Shown in pieces: positions 1-12,150 of a stretch of DNA of 34,005 nt (the stretch's first letter is position 1; every line of letters begins with the position of its first letter). Position numbers and translations under genes: made by a program. Source of the stretch: Eledone cirrhosa (Eukaryota); assembly GCA_964016885.1 (NCBI GenBank), contig CAXHJY010000906.1, positions 1-34,005 on the forward strand. Reading direction: 5' to 3'. The notes beneath the pieces were generated by a model that was not told where the DNA came from, did no database searches, and saw nothing but the letters and a program-made list of their open reading frames with translations.

Positions 1-374
1 TATATATATATATATGTACACATACATATCTATATATTAATGTGTGTGTGTGTAAACAATTTGTAAGTTTAATCACAGAATTTCCGCTAGCATACTCTCT
101 AGTGATCTAGAGACTGGAATATTCTGAAATCTTGAAAGGTTGGAACCAGAGATTCTCTCCTTCACGCAAATAAATAAACTTTTCGTGTGTGCGTGCGTAT
201 AACCGTTAAGTATATATATATATAAAGTATATGTGCACACATCTTTGCATATATTTGTTTAAGGAAATATTGAGTTTACTTTATATAGTGTGTAATCGTT
301 GATTTATGTGTATGTATATATATTTAAGACTGTACTGTCATACAGAATGCGTAATCAGTGATTGTGTTTATGTA

Positions 375-893
375 CCTGTGTGTGTGTATATATAAATATA
401 TATATATATATGTGAATGTATATATTTATATATGTGTATATATATATGTGTGTGTGTATGTGTGTATATATATTTATATACATATGTATATATATATGTG
501 TATATATGTATATATATATAATGTATATATATATATACATATGTGTATATATATATATGTGTGTGTGTATATATATATACATGTGTATATACATATATAT
601 ATGTATGTATATATGTGTGTAATTGAATGTATATGTATGTATAAATATACGTGTATGTATATGTATATATATGTATCTGTATATATATGTATATATCTAT
701 ATCTATATATATATGTGTATATATATATGTATATATATGTATATATATATATGTGTATATATATATATGTTATATATATGTATATGTATAAATATATGTG
801 TGTATGTGTATATATGTATCTGTATATATATGTATATATCCAGATACATATATATACATACACATATATATTTATACATATATATACATATAT
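375..893. repeat. (TA)n/(TATG)n compound microsatellite
   Basis: Degenerate TA dinucleotide array with interspersed G/C, read directly. Confidence 0.95.
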
Positions 894-1019
894 GTAGGAG
901 GTGAGTTTTATTGTAGTACAATAAAGCAATGCAGATATCGGATAAGTAGCACTCTACAGTTTGTTGGAGTGGAGTATAAATAATATATAATATCAAAAGA
1001 TGGTTAAAAGAGTTCCATG

Positions 1020-1089
1020 TATTTTATTATGCGCATTTCAAAAAAAATACCATCATGCGATGACATTTGCGTTTTCGTCAGATGAAATA
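1020..1089 (-). ncRNA. Minimal type I hammerhead ribozyme motif (family A)
   Basis: Minus strand: TATTTCAT-CTGACGA-stem II-GAAA-TGCGCA-TA-ATAAAATA, with one mismatch in stem I. Confidence 0.75.
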
Positions 1090-1207
1090 GGGAGACATGA
1101 TATGAAGGTTAAAAAACACTTGTGAATAGTGCAGTTTTAAATCAACATATGTTGATTTAAAACTGCACTATTCACAAGTGCTTTTTAACCTTCATATCAT
1201 GTCTCCC

Positions 1208-1278
1208 TATTTTATCTGACGAAAATGCAAATGTCATCGCATGATGATATTTGTTTTTGAAATGCGCATAATAAAATA
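1208..1278 (+). ncRNA. Minimal type I hammerhead ribozyme motif (family A)
   Basis: Stem I TATTTTAT(1208-15)/ATAAAATA(1271-78); CTGACGA 1216-22; 16-bp stem II with GCAT loop; GAAA 1259-62; palindromic TGCGCA; predicted AUA cleavage after 1270. Confidence 0.85.
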
Positions 1279-1386
1279 CATGGAACTCTTTTAACCATCT
1301 TTTGATCTTATATATTATATATACATATATATAGATACATATATATACATATACATATATATTTATACATACATATACATACAATT

Positions 1387-1427
<41 letters not shown>

Positions 1428-1458
1428 CACATATATATATACATATATATATGTATAT

Positions 1459-1540
<82 letters not shown>

Positions 1541-1985
1541 AGAGTCTTAAGAGTCAATGGCCATCCAAAATCACCGGGAGAGATGACCCCTTGGCCTTTG
1601 TCAAGGCAGAATTCAGGGGAGAAGGAAAACTCTGATATAACACCTGCAACCCTGATGGTATCCAATGATGTTGACTTGTTCTTCTTTTTGGTAAATATCA
1701 TCTTGGTTAAGAGAGTGGGACTGGCTTTGTGCAGTGCCTTTGCTCACTATAAATGCTTCACGGCACAGGCATTGCTTTATATCTGGAGATCTTTGCACTT
1801 GTCGTCACATGGTACCATGGGCCCAGCACTATGTGTCAATAATTGTCACAAGTGTAGTGTTAGTACCAGAGTTTTCAAGTTTCTGGCTGGACTAAAAAGT
1901 CACACTCGTTCAGCGCATCGGTAAGGGTTCTCCTACATGGATATAAAGTAGTGGCCGTACTCGAAAACGAGTTGGCAGCCACCAT
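1541..1985 (+). mobile_element. Short non-autonomous RTE derivative (5'UTR + last zinc finger + 3' terminal hairpin)
   Basis: 1575-1775 aligns by eye to the RTE 5'UTR at 2555-2773 (GGAGAAGG, ACTC.GATATAA.ACCTGC, GATGTTGA, GAGAGTGGGA.TGGCT, GCACAG.CATTGC). The ORF end [15 protein letters not shown] matches RTE FRSLAGLKSHIRSQH. 1952-1985 matches the RTE 3' end at 6677-6710. Confidence 0.8.
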
Positions 1986-2036
1986 ATATGTATATATATA
2001 TATATGTATATATATATGTATGTATATATATGAATG

Positions 2037-2081
<45 letters not shown>

Positions 2082-2324
2082 GTATATATATATGTATATA
2101 TATATGTATGTATGTATATGTGTGTATGTATGTATGTATATATATATGTATGTATATATGTAAATATATATGTATGTATATATATATGTAAATATATATG
2201 TATGTATATATATATACATACATATAATATATGTATATATATATACATACATATAATATATGTATATATATATGTATATATATATACATACATATCTTGT
2301 AATCTTGTATCAATAATGACGGTA

Positions 2325-2363
<39 letters not shown>

Positions 2364-2465
2364 CGTGTAAGTGAGTGGAGTAGCGTGTGTGTGTGTTTGT
2401 TTGTATGTATGAGTGTTGCTGTGTGCGCGCATACGTATGCGTGTGTGTGTACGTCGTACGTATAA
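1986..2465. repeat. (TA)n/(TATG)n/(TG)n microsatellite
   Basis: Read directly. Confidence 0.9.
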
Positions 2466-2500
2466 GTGTCAATAAGTGATTTTTTTTTTTTTTTTTTTTT

Positions 2501-5500
2501 GCGCGGGGACATAGAAATAATCGGGCTGGATGCCCGATCGCGCAGTTAAACCACTGGGAGTGAAGAACCCCTAGCCCTTGTCAGGGTATTCTTCTAGGAG
2601 AAGGCATCTCAGGAAACTGGGTTAACTCCGATATAAAACCTGCGGCTCAGTAGTTACCGATGATGTTGATCTTTTCTTCTTTTCGGGTTATAGCTACTGT
2701 CGCTCAGAGAGTGGGATTGGCTCAGTGCACAGTCTTTCCTCACTTTAAAAATATTCGTCACGCACAGTCATTGCACGAGTGCATTAATAATTATTAATAG
2801 TGTACTATTATTACTATTATTATTATTACTTTTTTTTTTTTTTTTTTTCCCTATTCAATGATGTTCCAGAACAATGTAAACGAGATAATTGCCAATTTAG
2901 GTTCTGGAACAAAAAAGATCATTGGCAATAAGGGCAGGGGCCCCAAGTTATCACAACCTGGGCCCGCCCGTCATCGTGCCATTGAAATAGAGCCAAACAG
3001 GGCATTTAGTCTTGGCTGCTGGAACGTACGGACGCTGCTTGACAGGGATTCTTTGGAGCGTCCTGAACGAAGGACCGCTCTTGTTGCAAAGGAGCTTCGA
3101 CGTTACGATCTTGACATCGTGGCTTTATCTGAGACGAGGTTAGCTGGAGATGGTCATCTTACGGAATTTTGTGGAGAATATACATTCTTCTGGAAAGGAA
3201 GAGATGAAGGAACCAGAAGAGAGGCTGGGGTAGGATTTGCTGTTAAGACTGTACTTGTGAATAAATTAGAAGAATTCCCAGTAGGGATTAGTGAGCGTCT
3301 TATGTCCATGAGAGTTTTGCTGGACAAGGGAAGATATGCTACCCTGGTGAGTGTGTATGCTCCAACTATGAATTCTGTCGATGAAGAAAAACTGTCCTTT
3401 TACCATGCCTTGAAAGGTGTTCTAAGAAATATCCCTCAGGCAGACAAAGTCATCGTGCTTGGTGACTTTAATGCTAGAGTGGGTAGGGATTTTAACACAT
3501 GGAATGTAATCGGAAGGCATGGGGTGGGAAAATGTAACAACAATAGTATTCTCCTGCCGCAGATGTGTGAGGAGCTGGATCTGTGTGTTACCAACACCAT
3601 GTTCCAACAAAAGAACAAATTCAAGACCACATGGATGCATCCTGCATCTAAGGAATGGCATCTTTTGGACTACGTCCTAGTCAGGATGTGCAGTGTGTTC
3701 GTGTTCTTCGTGGAGCTGAGTGAGTGCTGGACGGACCACCGCCTGGTACGCGCAAAAGTGAATCTAATCACCAAACGTAAAATCCGGGCTCCTGGTGTTA
3801 CCCTGCCCAAAAGATTGAATGCTGCTCGTCTTAAGGATAAAAATGTGAAGAGGACATTGGAAGAAGAGATGCAGGCTGCAGATCTTGATGAGGATTGGCC
3901 GACCCTTAAAAAGTCGGTTTATGATGTAGGCAGGCGTGTTCTGGGATTGGTGTAGAGAAAACATCAGGACTGGTTTAATGAGAATGATGTACATATAGAA
4001 GACTTGTTGGCTGATAAGAGGCGTGCTCTGTCACGCTACTTGATGGCAAAACCACAGGAGAGGAATACGTTGCATGAGGAGCTCAAGGATGTAAAATCAC
4101 GTGTTAGGCGGAGTCTTTCTCAGATGAAGGATCAGTGGTGGAGTGAGAAGGCTGGTGAGATACAAACTGCGTCTGATTGCAATAACACAAAGCTGTTGTA
4201 CAGTCTTTTGCGTGAGGTTTATGGACCGTCTTCTTCTCTGGTGACACCGATTCGCAGAAAGGATGGCAAAGAACTTCTTCGTGACTCACAGGGAATTCTG
4301 CGAAGGTGGCGAGAGCACTTTGATGATCTTTTGAATCAGCCGTCTGTCGTCAGTGAAGATTTCCTCAATCTCATTCCGGAAAGTCCTGTGAAAGTAGCTC
4401 TCGCAGAACCTCTGACGCTTGTGGAGGTTGCAGTGGCTATTTCGAAGCTGAACAGTGGAAGATCTCCAGGTATGGATGGCATACATGCTGAGCTCCTACA
4501 ATATGGTGGTGAGAGACTCCTGCAGCATCTTCACTCTTTGTTTGGAAGGATATGGGCTAATGAATCCGTGCCTGAGGACTGGAGAGATGCAGTAATGGTG
4601 GTCTTGTACAAAGGAAAGGGTAACAGGAATGATTGTGGGAACTACAGAGGTATATCATTGCTTTCTGTCGTAGGGAAAGTTTTATGTAGGGTGCTTCTGG
4701 ACCGTCTGCTGACACACATTGCAGATTGTGTTCTTCCTGAAAGTCAATCTGGTTTTCGTGCTGGACGCGGCACTACTGATATGATCTTCTCAGCTAGACA
4801 GCTCCAGGAGAAGTGCATTGAACAAGGCTTGGATCTGTATCAGGTTTTTGTCGATCTGACAAAGGCTTTCGATACTGTCAACAGAGATGCATTATGGAAG
4901 GTTCTCCAGAAACTTGGTTGCCCTGATAAGTTCCTTGCTTTAGTTAGGTCTTTCCATGACGACATGAAGGCTTGGGTTAATGTCGGAGGTAACATGTCGG
5001 AGCCTATCTCAGTAAAAAATGGAGTGAAACGGGGATATTCCAGCACCGACCCTGTTTGCCATATACTTTGCAATGGTTTTCTGTATTGCATTCAGGAATT
5101 GCGAGCATGGTGTTTACATCCGATATCGAACCTCAGGCAGCATATTTAACATCAGGCGCTTTGCTGCGAAGACAAAAGTATTTACATCAATCATAAGAGA
5201 CCTCTTGTATGCAGATGATTGCGATCTTGTAGCGCACACAGAGAGTGATATGCAGCACATTTTGAATGCATTTTCTGACGCTTGCACTGCCCTGGGTTTG
5301 ACTGTCAGTCTCAAGAAAACCGTCGTCATGTACCAACCTGCCCCTAGTAAGCAGTACACTGAACCAAACATCTATGTGTATGGCAAACGACTTGGAGTGG
5401 TTTATCAGTTTGTCTACCTGGGAAGCACTGCCAATCGATACGGCAACCTTGACAGTGAAATCTCACTTAGGATTAGGAAAGCAAATGATGCTTTCGGAAA

Positions 5501-6500
5501 GCTAGAAAGGCGACTCTGGGGTCGGCGAGATATATGCAGGAGGACAAAGGTAAAGGTGTACAGGGCATGTATACTCTCTTGTCTTCTTTATGCCTGCGAG
5601 ACCTGGGTCACATATCGACGCCACCTTAAGCAATTGGAGCGTTTCCATCAGATGTGTCTCAGACGGATCCATGGCGTTCACTGGAGGGACCACATCAGTG
5701 ATGTCGAGATTTTGGAAAGCTCTATGTGTGACAGTATAGAAGCTCTTGTGCTTAAGCAACGACTCCGTTGGAGTGGTCACCTTGCCAGGATGAAGGATTC
5801 TAGAATACCAAAACAACTCTTCTATGGAGAGTTGGTTAAAGGAAAACGACCGCCACATAAACCAAAAAAGAGGTATAAGGATTCCTTGAAAGCCTCTCTG
5901 AAAGACGCTAATATCTCTGCTGATACATGGGAAAATATTGCTGCTGATCGTAATAAATGGAGAAAGACTGTATATGAGGGAAAAGTTGCTTTTGAGGCAT
6001 CTCGAATCGCACACGAGAAAGTAAAGCGGGACGTGAGGAAGGGCATTGCTGTTGCACTTCCAGACGGCGAGGGTGCTCCTATGGTGCTGACATGCAGCGT
6101 CTGTGCGAGACTCTGCCTAAGCAAAGCTGGACTTGAAAGTCATCTTCGCAGTCATAAAGTAAGACCAGTGGTTGACTACCAAGCTGCTGTTGGAGATGCT
6201 ACTCATCATGCTTGCCAAACATGTGGTAGAGAATGTAAATCAGCAGGAGGGCTCAAGCGACATGCAAAAGTACACGAACTCCAACCACAGCCGACTATTC
6301 CCAGTGAATGTTTTGGTTGCCGACTCTGTGCAAGACATTTTAGATCATTGGCTGGGCTAAAAAGCCACATTCGATCGCAGCACTGTTTGTTGCTATCGTG
6401 TGTGTGTGTGTGTAGATATGCTTATGTGCGTGCGTGTGTGTGTATATATATATATGAATATGTATATCATTATTGTTGTTGTCGTTATTATTATTGTTGC

Positions 6501-6534
<34 letters not shown>

Positions 6535-6576
6535 GTTATTAGTGTGTGTGTGTGTGTATGTATATATGTATGTATG

Positions 6577-6653
<77 letters not shown>

Positions 6654-6710
6654 TTTTCTTTTTCCTTCTCGTGCAATGGCCATACTCGATAACGAGGGGG
6701 CAGCCATCAT
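2501..6710 (+). mobile_element. Near full-length RTE-clade non-LTR retrotransposon
   Basis: Structured 5'UTR, single APE-RT ORF, C-terminal zinc fingers and a 3' terminal hairpin followed by TA/CATA repeats. Confidence 0.92.
2858..6390 (+). pseudogene. RTE ORF: AP-endonuclease + reverse transcriptase + three C2H2 zinc fingers (disrupted)
   Basis: Motifs GCWNVRTL, ALSETR, SVYAPT, GDFNARVG, TDHRLV, NYRGISLLS, QSGFRAGRGTTD, FVDLTKAFD, YADD (5208-5219), FVYLGS, LRWSGH. In-frame TAG at 3953-3955 (the frame continues RKHQDWF). A 1-bp deletion near 5031 breaks GVKQGDIPAPTLF, and there is a compensated local frameshift at ~3685-3724. Confidence 0.95.
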
Positions 6711-7140
6711 ATACATATATATGTAAATATATATATGTATGTATATATATATGTATGTATATATGTATATATATATGTATATACATATATATGTATATAT
6801 ATATGTATATACATATATATGTATATATATATGTATATACATATATATGTATATATATATGTATATATGTATATATATATGTATATATATATGTATATAT
6901 ATATATATATGTATATATATATGTATATACATATATATGTATATACATATATATGTATATACATATATATGTATATATATGTATATATATATATATATGT
7001 TTATATATATATATATATGTTTATATATATATGTATATATATATGTATATATATATATATGTTTATATATATATGTATATATATATGTATATACATATAT
7101 ATGTATATACATGTACATATATATGTATATATATATATAT
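6710..7140. repeat. (TA)n/(TATG)n microsatellite
   Basis: Read directly. Confidence 0.95.
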
Positions 7141-7142
7141 CT

Positions 7143-7300
7143 ACGGATGAAAGGCAAAGCTAAGCTCGACTGGATTTGAACTGAGAATGTAAATAATTGT
7201 TTCTACTTTTTGGCACAAGGCCAGCAATGACTCAGTGTATTACTGGTACTTTATTTTATCGACCCTGTAAGGATGAAAGGCAAAGTTAACCTCGGCGGTT
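7143..7300 (-). mobile_element. tRNA-derived SINE fragments (two partial copies)
   Basis: GGATGAAAGGCAAAG occurs twice (7145, 7271). Also ACTGGTACTTTATTTTATCGACCC and a reverse B-box-like GGATTTGAAC. Resembles an abundant octopus SINE core from memory. Confidence 0.65.
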
Positions 7301-7822
7301 ATGTAAATAATAAGAGGGCTAAAGACATTAGGTACAACACAAGGATGGAAAAGAAGACAGCGGGGTTTAAATCAAGTAAAGGCAAGGGAATATCACCAAA
7401 GGGAAAACAATAAATATAACTAATAAATAGTCATGGTAAAAATACAAAATATTAACTAATATCGAGTAGGAAGGTGGGGATGAAATGTCGTGTAACTGAT
7501 AATGGTTTCTGATGTAGGCACAAGGCGAACAGTTATTTTATTCAGCCCATAACTCTATGCCGCAAAGCATATTGTCCGACTATATACAGGTACTGCCAAT
7601 CCATGCGTACGTATGTATGTCCGTCTGTCTGTCTCTCTGTGTGTACGTACGTGTGCGTGTGTATAGCGATTACAAATTAGTGTATAATTATGTAAAAAAA
7701 CACTAGTACAAAAAACTTCAATTAAAACAAACAAGCAAAAAATATATTTCAGAAGTAATCCTAAATTCATGAAAAATAGGCATAACCAAAATGTAGCTAA
7801 GTTATACAAGTGGGAGTGGATA

Positions 7823-7908
7823 GATACATACACACATACATACATACATACATACATACATACATACATACATACATACATACATACATACATACATACA
7901 TACATACA

Positions 7909-7940
<32 letters not shown>

Positions 7941-7965
7941 CACACACATATATATATATACATAC
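7823..7965. repeat. (CATA)n microsatellite
   Basis: Near-perfect tetranucleotide run. Confidence 0.95.
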
Positions 7966-7980
7966 ATCGACCATATATAA

Positions 7981-8085
7981 CGAAAGGTAAAGTTGACCTC
8001 CGCGGGATTTGAACTCAGTGCGTAGGAATTAGTAAGTAAATGCCATAAAACATGTAGCTCTAACGATAGTGCCTATTCACTGCTC
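7981..8085 (-). mobile_element. SINE head fragment
   Basis: GAAAGGTAAAGTTGACCTCCGCGGGATTTGAACTCAG is homologous to 7275-7298 and 7149-7186. Confidence 0.6.
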
Positions 8086-8099
8086 TCTAGCTTGTATGT

Positions 8100-8311
8100 A
8101 ATAATAGGATATTGTGAATTGAGTCCAGGGTCAGGGCTGGTGCTGGTAGTGGGGCCAGTCGTTTAAATTGAATACTAAATCATGTTTAATCGACCCTGGA
8201 GGATTTGAAAGGCAAATGTCCTCTCCGGCGTAGTTTGAACTCAAGAGATTAAGTAGATTTAACACACTAATGTATTTAGTATGGTGTTCTAATGCCTCTG
8301 CTATTTCTACC
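8100..8311 (-). mobile_element. Degenerate SINE copy
   Basis: ATCGACCCTGGAGGATTTGAAAGGCAAA...GGCGTAGTTTGAACTCAAG has the same motif order as the other fragments. Confidence 0.55.
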
Positions 8312-8696
8312 ATATAATATAAGATACACACACACATGCATAGACTTTATTATGGTCAAGCTTGATTCTTGTTACTCTGGTGTTTCTCCTGAGTACATAC
8401 ATATATACACAAACATATCATGTGTATGTATATGGCAGAGAGGGTGAGAGAAGTGTGTGTATTTGTGTGAGTGTACATACATGGTTGACCGGCAATTACA
8501 CGTGCTTTCTCTCCTATCTACCATTTCCCGTTTTCCCCCTCGTCTGTCTTCCTTTTCTTTTCATTTCTCTCTCACTCTCTTTTTCATTCTATTTTCCAAT
8601 GAAAGACTAGTGTTCGAGACGTAAAAACTCTTTCCCAACTAAAAAAGATTCAATCTAATATACCATCATTGTACTGTATTGTTTTGCAGTACTTTT

Positions 8697-8752
<56 letters not shown>

Positions 8753-9057
8753 TATTTTCCGTTGTGTTGTAATATAAATATTACACACAGTAGATTATCA
8801 GCTCACGTAGAGTTATATATATATTGTAATCCTCGCATGAAATATTTTATAAAATGAATAATTCAGGAAATAAGACCGCTCTCTCTCACTCTCCCTCTCA
8901 CTCTCCCTCTCCCTCTCACTCTCCCTCTCTCCTCCCCTCTCCTCCCCCTCTCTCCTTTCTCATCAAAAATCAAACAAACACTCAACTAGCATGCAAGTAC
9001 ACAGGAATTATCGCACACATACACACCTCACAGACACGTACAAGCGCGCGCTATCAC

Positions 9058-9119
<62 letters not shown>

Positions 9120-9436
9120 GTAAGACATTTAGTAATAAATGAACAGAGAAGTTGATATAATAAAATAAGCATAAAAAGAAGGAAAACGGACATTAATGGG
9201 TTAGTGGGTGAGGGTGAATGACGGATGACAAAGAAAGGAAGGCGATGGAGTGATGGATGTAGGAAAGGGGAGGTGGCGGGGAGGAGAATATATCCAGATA
9301 AATATTTCTTTAACAGATACCAGAATCAAACAATTCGAGAGGCGGCACCACCAACGACAACAGCAACAATAGTAATAATAACAATAACGGGAATATCAAA
9401 GTGTCTGATTTCAAAAGTTATTTGCGCTGAATGATT

Positions 9437-9514
9437 ATGGTGGTGGTGGTGGTGGTGGTGGTGGTGGTGGTGATGATGGTGGTGGTGGTGGTGGTGGTGA
9501 TGATGGTGGTGATG
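9437..9514. repeat. (TGG/TGA)n microsatellite
   Basis: Read directly; explains the poly-His ORF. Confidence 0.95.
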
Positions 9515-9820
9515 GGCTTTCTTAAGGGAAAGTAATAAGTTTGTTATATAGTTAGGAGAAAGGTAGGAGAGCAATTGTGTGTGTATGTATATATATATAT
9601 ATATATATATATCAGATTTGAGGTGTTAACAACCAGTTAGACCATTACTCACCAGAGTACTCAATACTTGGGTTAGTAGAGTGGGTAAAAAGAAAACATT
9701 CAGGACCCCGACTGCTGAGCTCCGGCCGTTTCAACAGCTAGCTCAGCCGTCGGAGTCCTGAATATTGTCACATATATATATTTATATTTATATATATATA
9801 TACGCACGCGGCGCGCACGT

Positions 9821-9853
9821 GTGGAACCTCGGCTTACGAACTTAATTCGTTCC
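9821..9853 (+). mobile_element. Possible Tigger/pogo-type terminal inverted repeat remnant
   Basis: GTGGAACCTCGGCTTACGAACTTAATTCGTTCC resembles Tigger-type termini from memory; no partner end seen. Confidence 0.4.
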
Positions 9854-11338
9854 TGAAGGCCGTCCGAAACTATTTTTCTCTATACGAAACAGTGAGAGAG
9901 ACAGAGATACTTTGTGTGAAAGATAGTTACAAATCTAAACTATAATAAAGGAAGGTCTGCGGGACTGCCTACGGTTTTTTTTTTTTTTATCCTGTTAGTA
10001 AAATAAGTTGGATTACTTTGAATAAATTGGTTGCCACCACCACCACCAACCCTTCAACTACCATATATATAGAGAGAGTGTGTGATGTCAACACTTCCGG
10101 TGGCGATCACTTAAATAAACATACTAATTTTCTGTCATTAATTTTCTCCTAATGCAGTTTATATATAATATCGTCTTTTTTAAATGTTTGGATTACGTTA
10201 CTGATTACATAAGACAGTGTAACAACGTCTTCGTTCAATTTCTGTTTATATTGTCAATTACGATTTTATTTGATATATCATATCTACATGTATATATACT
10301 TGCATATAATATCATTATACACACTACACATGATAGCAGAAAACCACCCGAAGGGTGTTTTTTCTGCTAGTATATTTAATTAACAACAAAGGGAGACCGG
10401 AAAATCCCCTACAGGACTTCTCTAGCAATTGTAAGTCAACTTCAGACCTCTCATGAAAGGATTAGGGCATAAAGAGAAGTTAAGGACTATAGGAAATATG
10501 AAAAATATCTGAACTAAAGCTTTGTATAAATTTGTAAACGAATCAGTTTCGGTACATTACAAACTAGTGCCACTGATTTCACAATAGGTTCACTGGTACC
10601 TCCTCTCCCCCAATAATGTTCCAAGCTAGTGTCATTAATGTCTCTGAATAAAGCTACTAATGGCCTCTAAATTAGCTTAGTCAATGCAGACCCCTTATAG
10701 GGTAAGATGATATACAGAATAAGCAATTGTTATCACTCCTCGTCCCCGACTGGAGCCAAATGTGTTCTTTAAAACTACTGCTCTTCAGAGAGAAACGGCG
10801 GAGGAAGAGGTATACTAATAGCCATAGATGAAATATGGCTTAAATTAACATCAAACATTGATGAGTTCCCAGTAATTCTCCTGGAAATGGCCTTTTCATT
10901 TTCACATTTCTAATGACATGCAGTCTATTTCAAACAATGAAGATTTGGAAGAAAATACTAATAACATTTGCTTCATTATTAATGTGTCATTTGTAAGATA
11001 ACTTAATATAAAATTCAGTTTGACGGTTTTAATTTAAATAAAAATCCTTTAAAATGAGTTTCTGTTTCGTTTCGTTTCGTAGAATCAATAGTTTGGGGAT
11101 GGGTTGGTACCCAAAGAGTTAAACCAGTCTTAGCAAAACGACTGCGAATAAGTTTCCCAAAGCTTCCTTACAAGTGGTAAACGTTCTCCAATGTTTAGAA
11201 ACATTCACATATCTTTTTAACACCAACATGCTTTTATATTGAGAAGATTATCAAATGAGTTGCGGTGTAGTGGTGGGGCATAGGTTAAGATCTACTGTAC
11301 TATCTTTTATGTATGTGGGGGAGGGTGTATGTACACTC

Positions 11339-11521
11339 GTATTGTGTAAACATACGGAAGGAGATAGAAAGTGAAGAAGGTGTAAGTATATATTATATAT
11401 GTGTGCGCGCGCATTAATTGTATAAACATAGGGAATAAGATGTAGAAAGTGAAGAGGCAATGTGTGTGTCGTCCACTTGTATTGTGTAAACATACGGAAT
11501 AAGATATAGAAAGGGAAAGAC
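11339..11521. repeat. Three imperfect copies of a ~40-bp motif
   Basis: ATTGT(G/A)TAAACATA(C/G)GGAA...AGAAAG(T/G)GAA at ~11341, 11417 and 11481. Confidence 0.75.
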
Positions 11522-11849
11522 ACTGAGTATGTATGTGTGTGTATAAGAGAATATATATATATATATACACTTACACGTACATACAGTTCTATAAGATTGG
11601 ATAAACAAACTCATGTAACAACATAAAAAAAAAATTATTTGAAATTGCCACTTGAGAATTGAAAACAAAACAACATAACAATAAAATCCAAACCAAAAAA
11701 AATAATGGATTGGTTAAATAAATAAAATGAAGATAAAATATTGAATAATGTAGAAAGCGTGGTAAAAGAAAAGGGTGGGTTGGAATGGGGCGAGGGTCAT
11801 AAAGAAAGAAAATAAGAGGAAGTAAGTAGGGAGACTATGCTAGAGAGAA

Positions 11850-12150
11850 AGACACGCTTTTCAAGATGGCTGCCGCGTCGTTACGCCTTTTCTCTTCAGT
11901 GTCATTTATTTCTCGTTACAAGACCCACTTGAGCTGGTGGTCGTGAATATTGTCATGCATGCGAAAAACGAGGCAGCGGAGAGAAAATAAAATAAAGAGA
12001 AAGCAACAACAACGGCAATAGTAATAGTAATAATAATAATAATTACTCGTGCGCGACCGTAATGGACACGAGTAGAGAACCTACATCATGGCTACAAAAA
12101 AGTGATTTTCAAGTTGAGCGCCTTTTTCGCGGAGAAATGATCTTTCGGTG
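11850..12150. promoter_or_regulatory. Candidate promoter/first-exon island
   Basis: Locally CpG-rich unique sequence with YY1-like CAAGATGGCTGCC at 11862-11874. Confidence 0.25.

Larger units (their letters stand above)
893..1320. mobile_element. Fold-back (palindromic) fragment of a Penelope-like element terminal repeat
   Basis: Arms ~980-1148 and 1149-1320 are reverse complements with a few mismatches, centred on CAACATATGTTG. The arm sequence recurs at 19606-19779 at the end of a GIY-YIG-bearing element, and 893-921 recurs inverted at 21484-21512. Confidence 0.85.

Noticed and set aside
9326-9574. Poly-histidine ORF
   Set aside because: Product of a (TGG/TGA)n repeat.
9850-9875. CTGAAGG...GAAACTA hammerhead look-alike
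   Set aside because: Core is not CTGANGA and neither stem II nor stem I pairs.
10760-10792. Minus-strand CTGAAGA
   Set aside because: No stem II followed by GAAA and no cleavage triplet in register.
10900-11122. Possible TTAA-type MITE end (GGGTTGGTACCCAAAGAGTTAA)
   Set aside because: Only a vague resemblance from memory; no matching opposite terminus found.
11339-11521. Spaced ~40-bp repeats as a CRISPR-like array
   Set aside because: Only three degenerate copies, low-complexity spacers, eukaryotic context and no cas genes.
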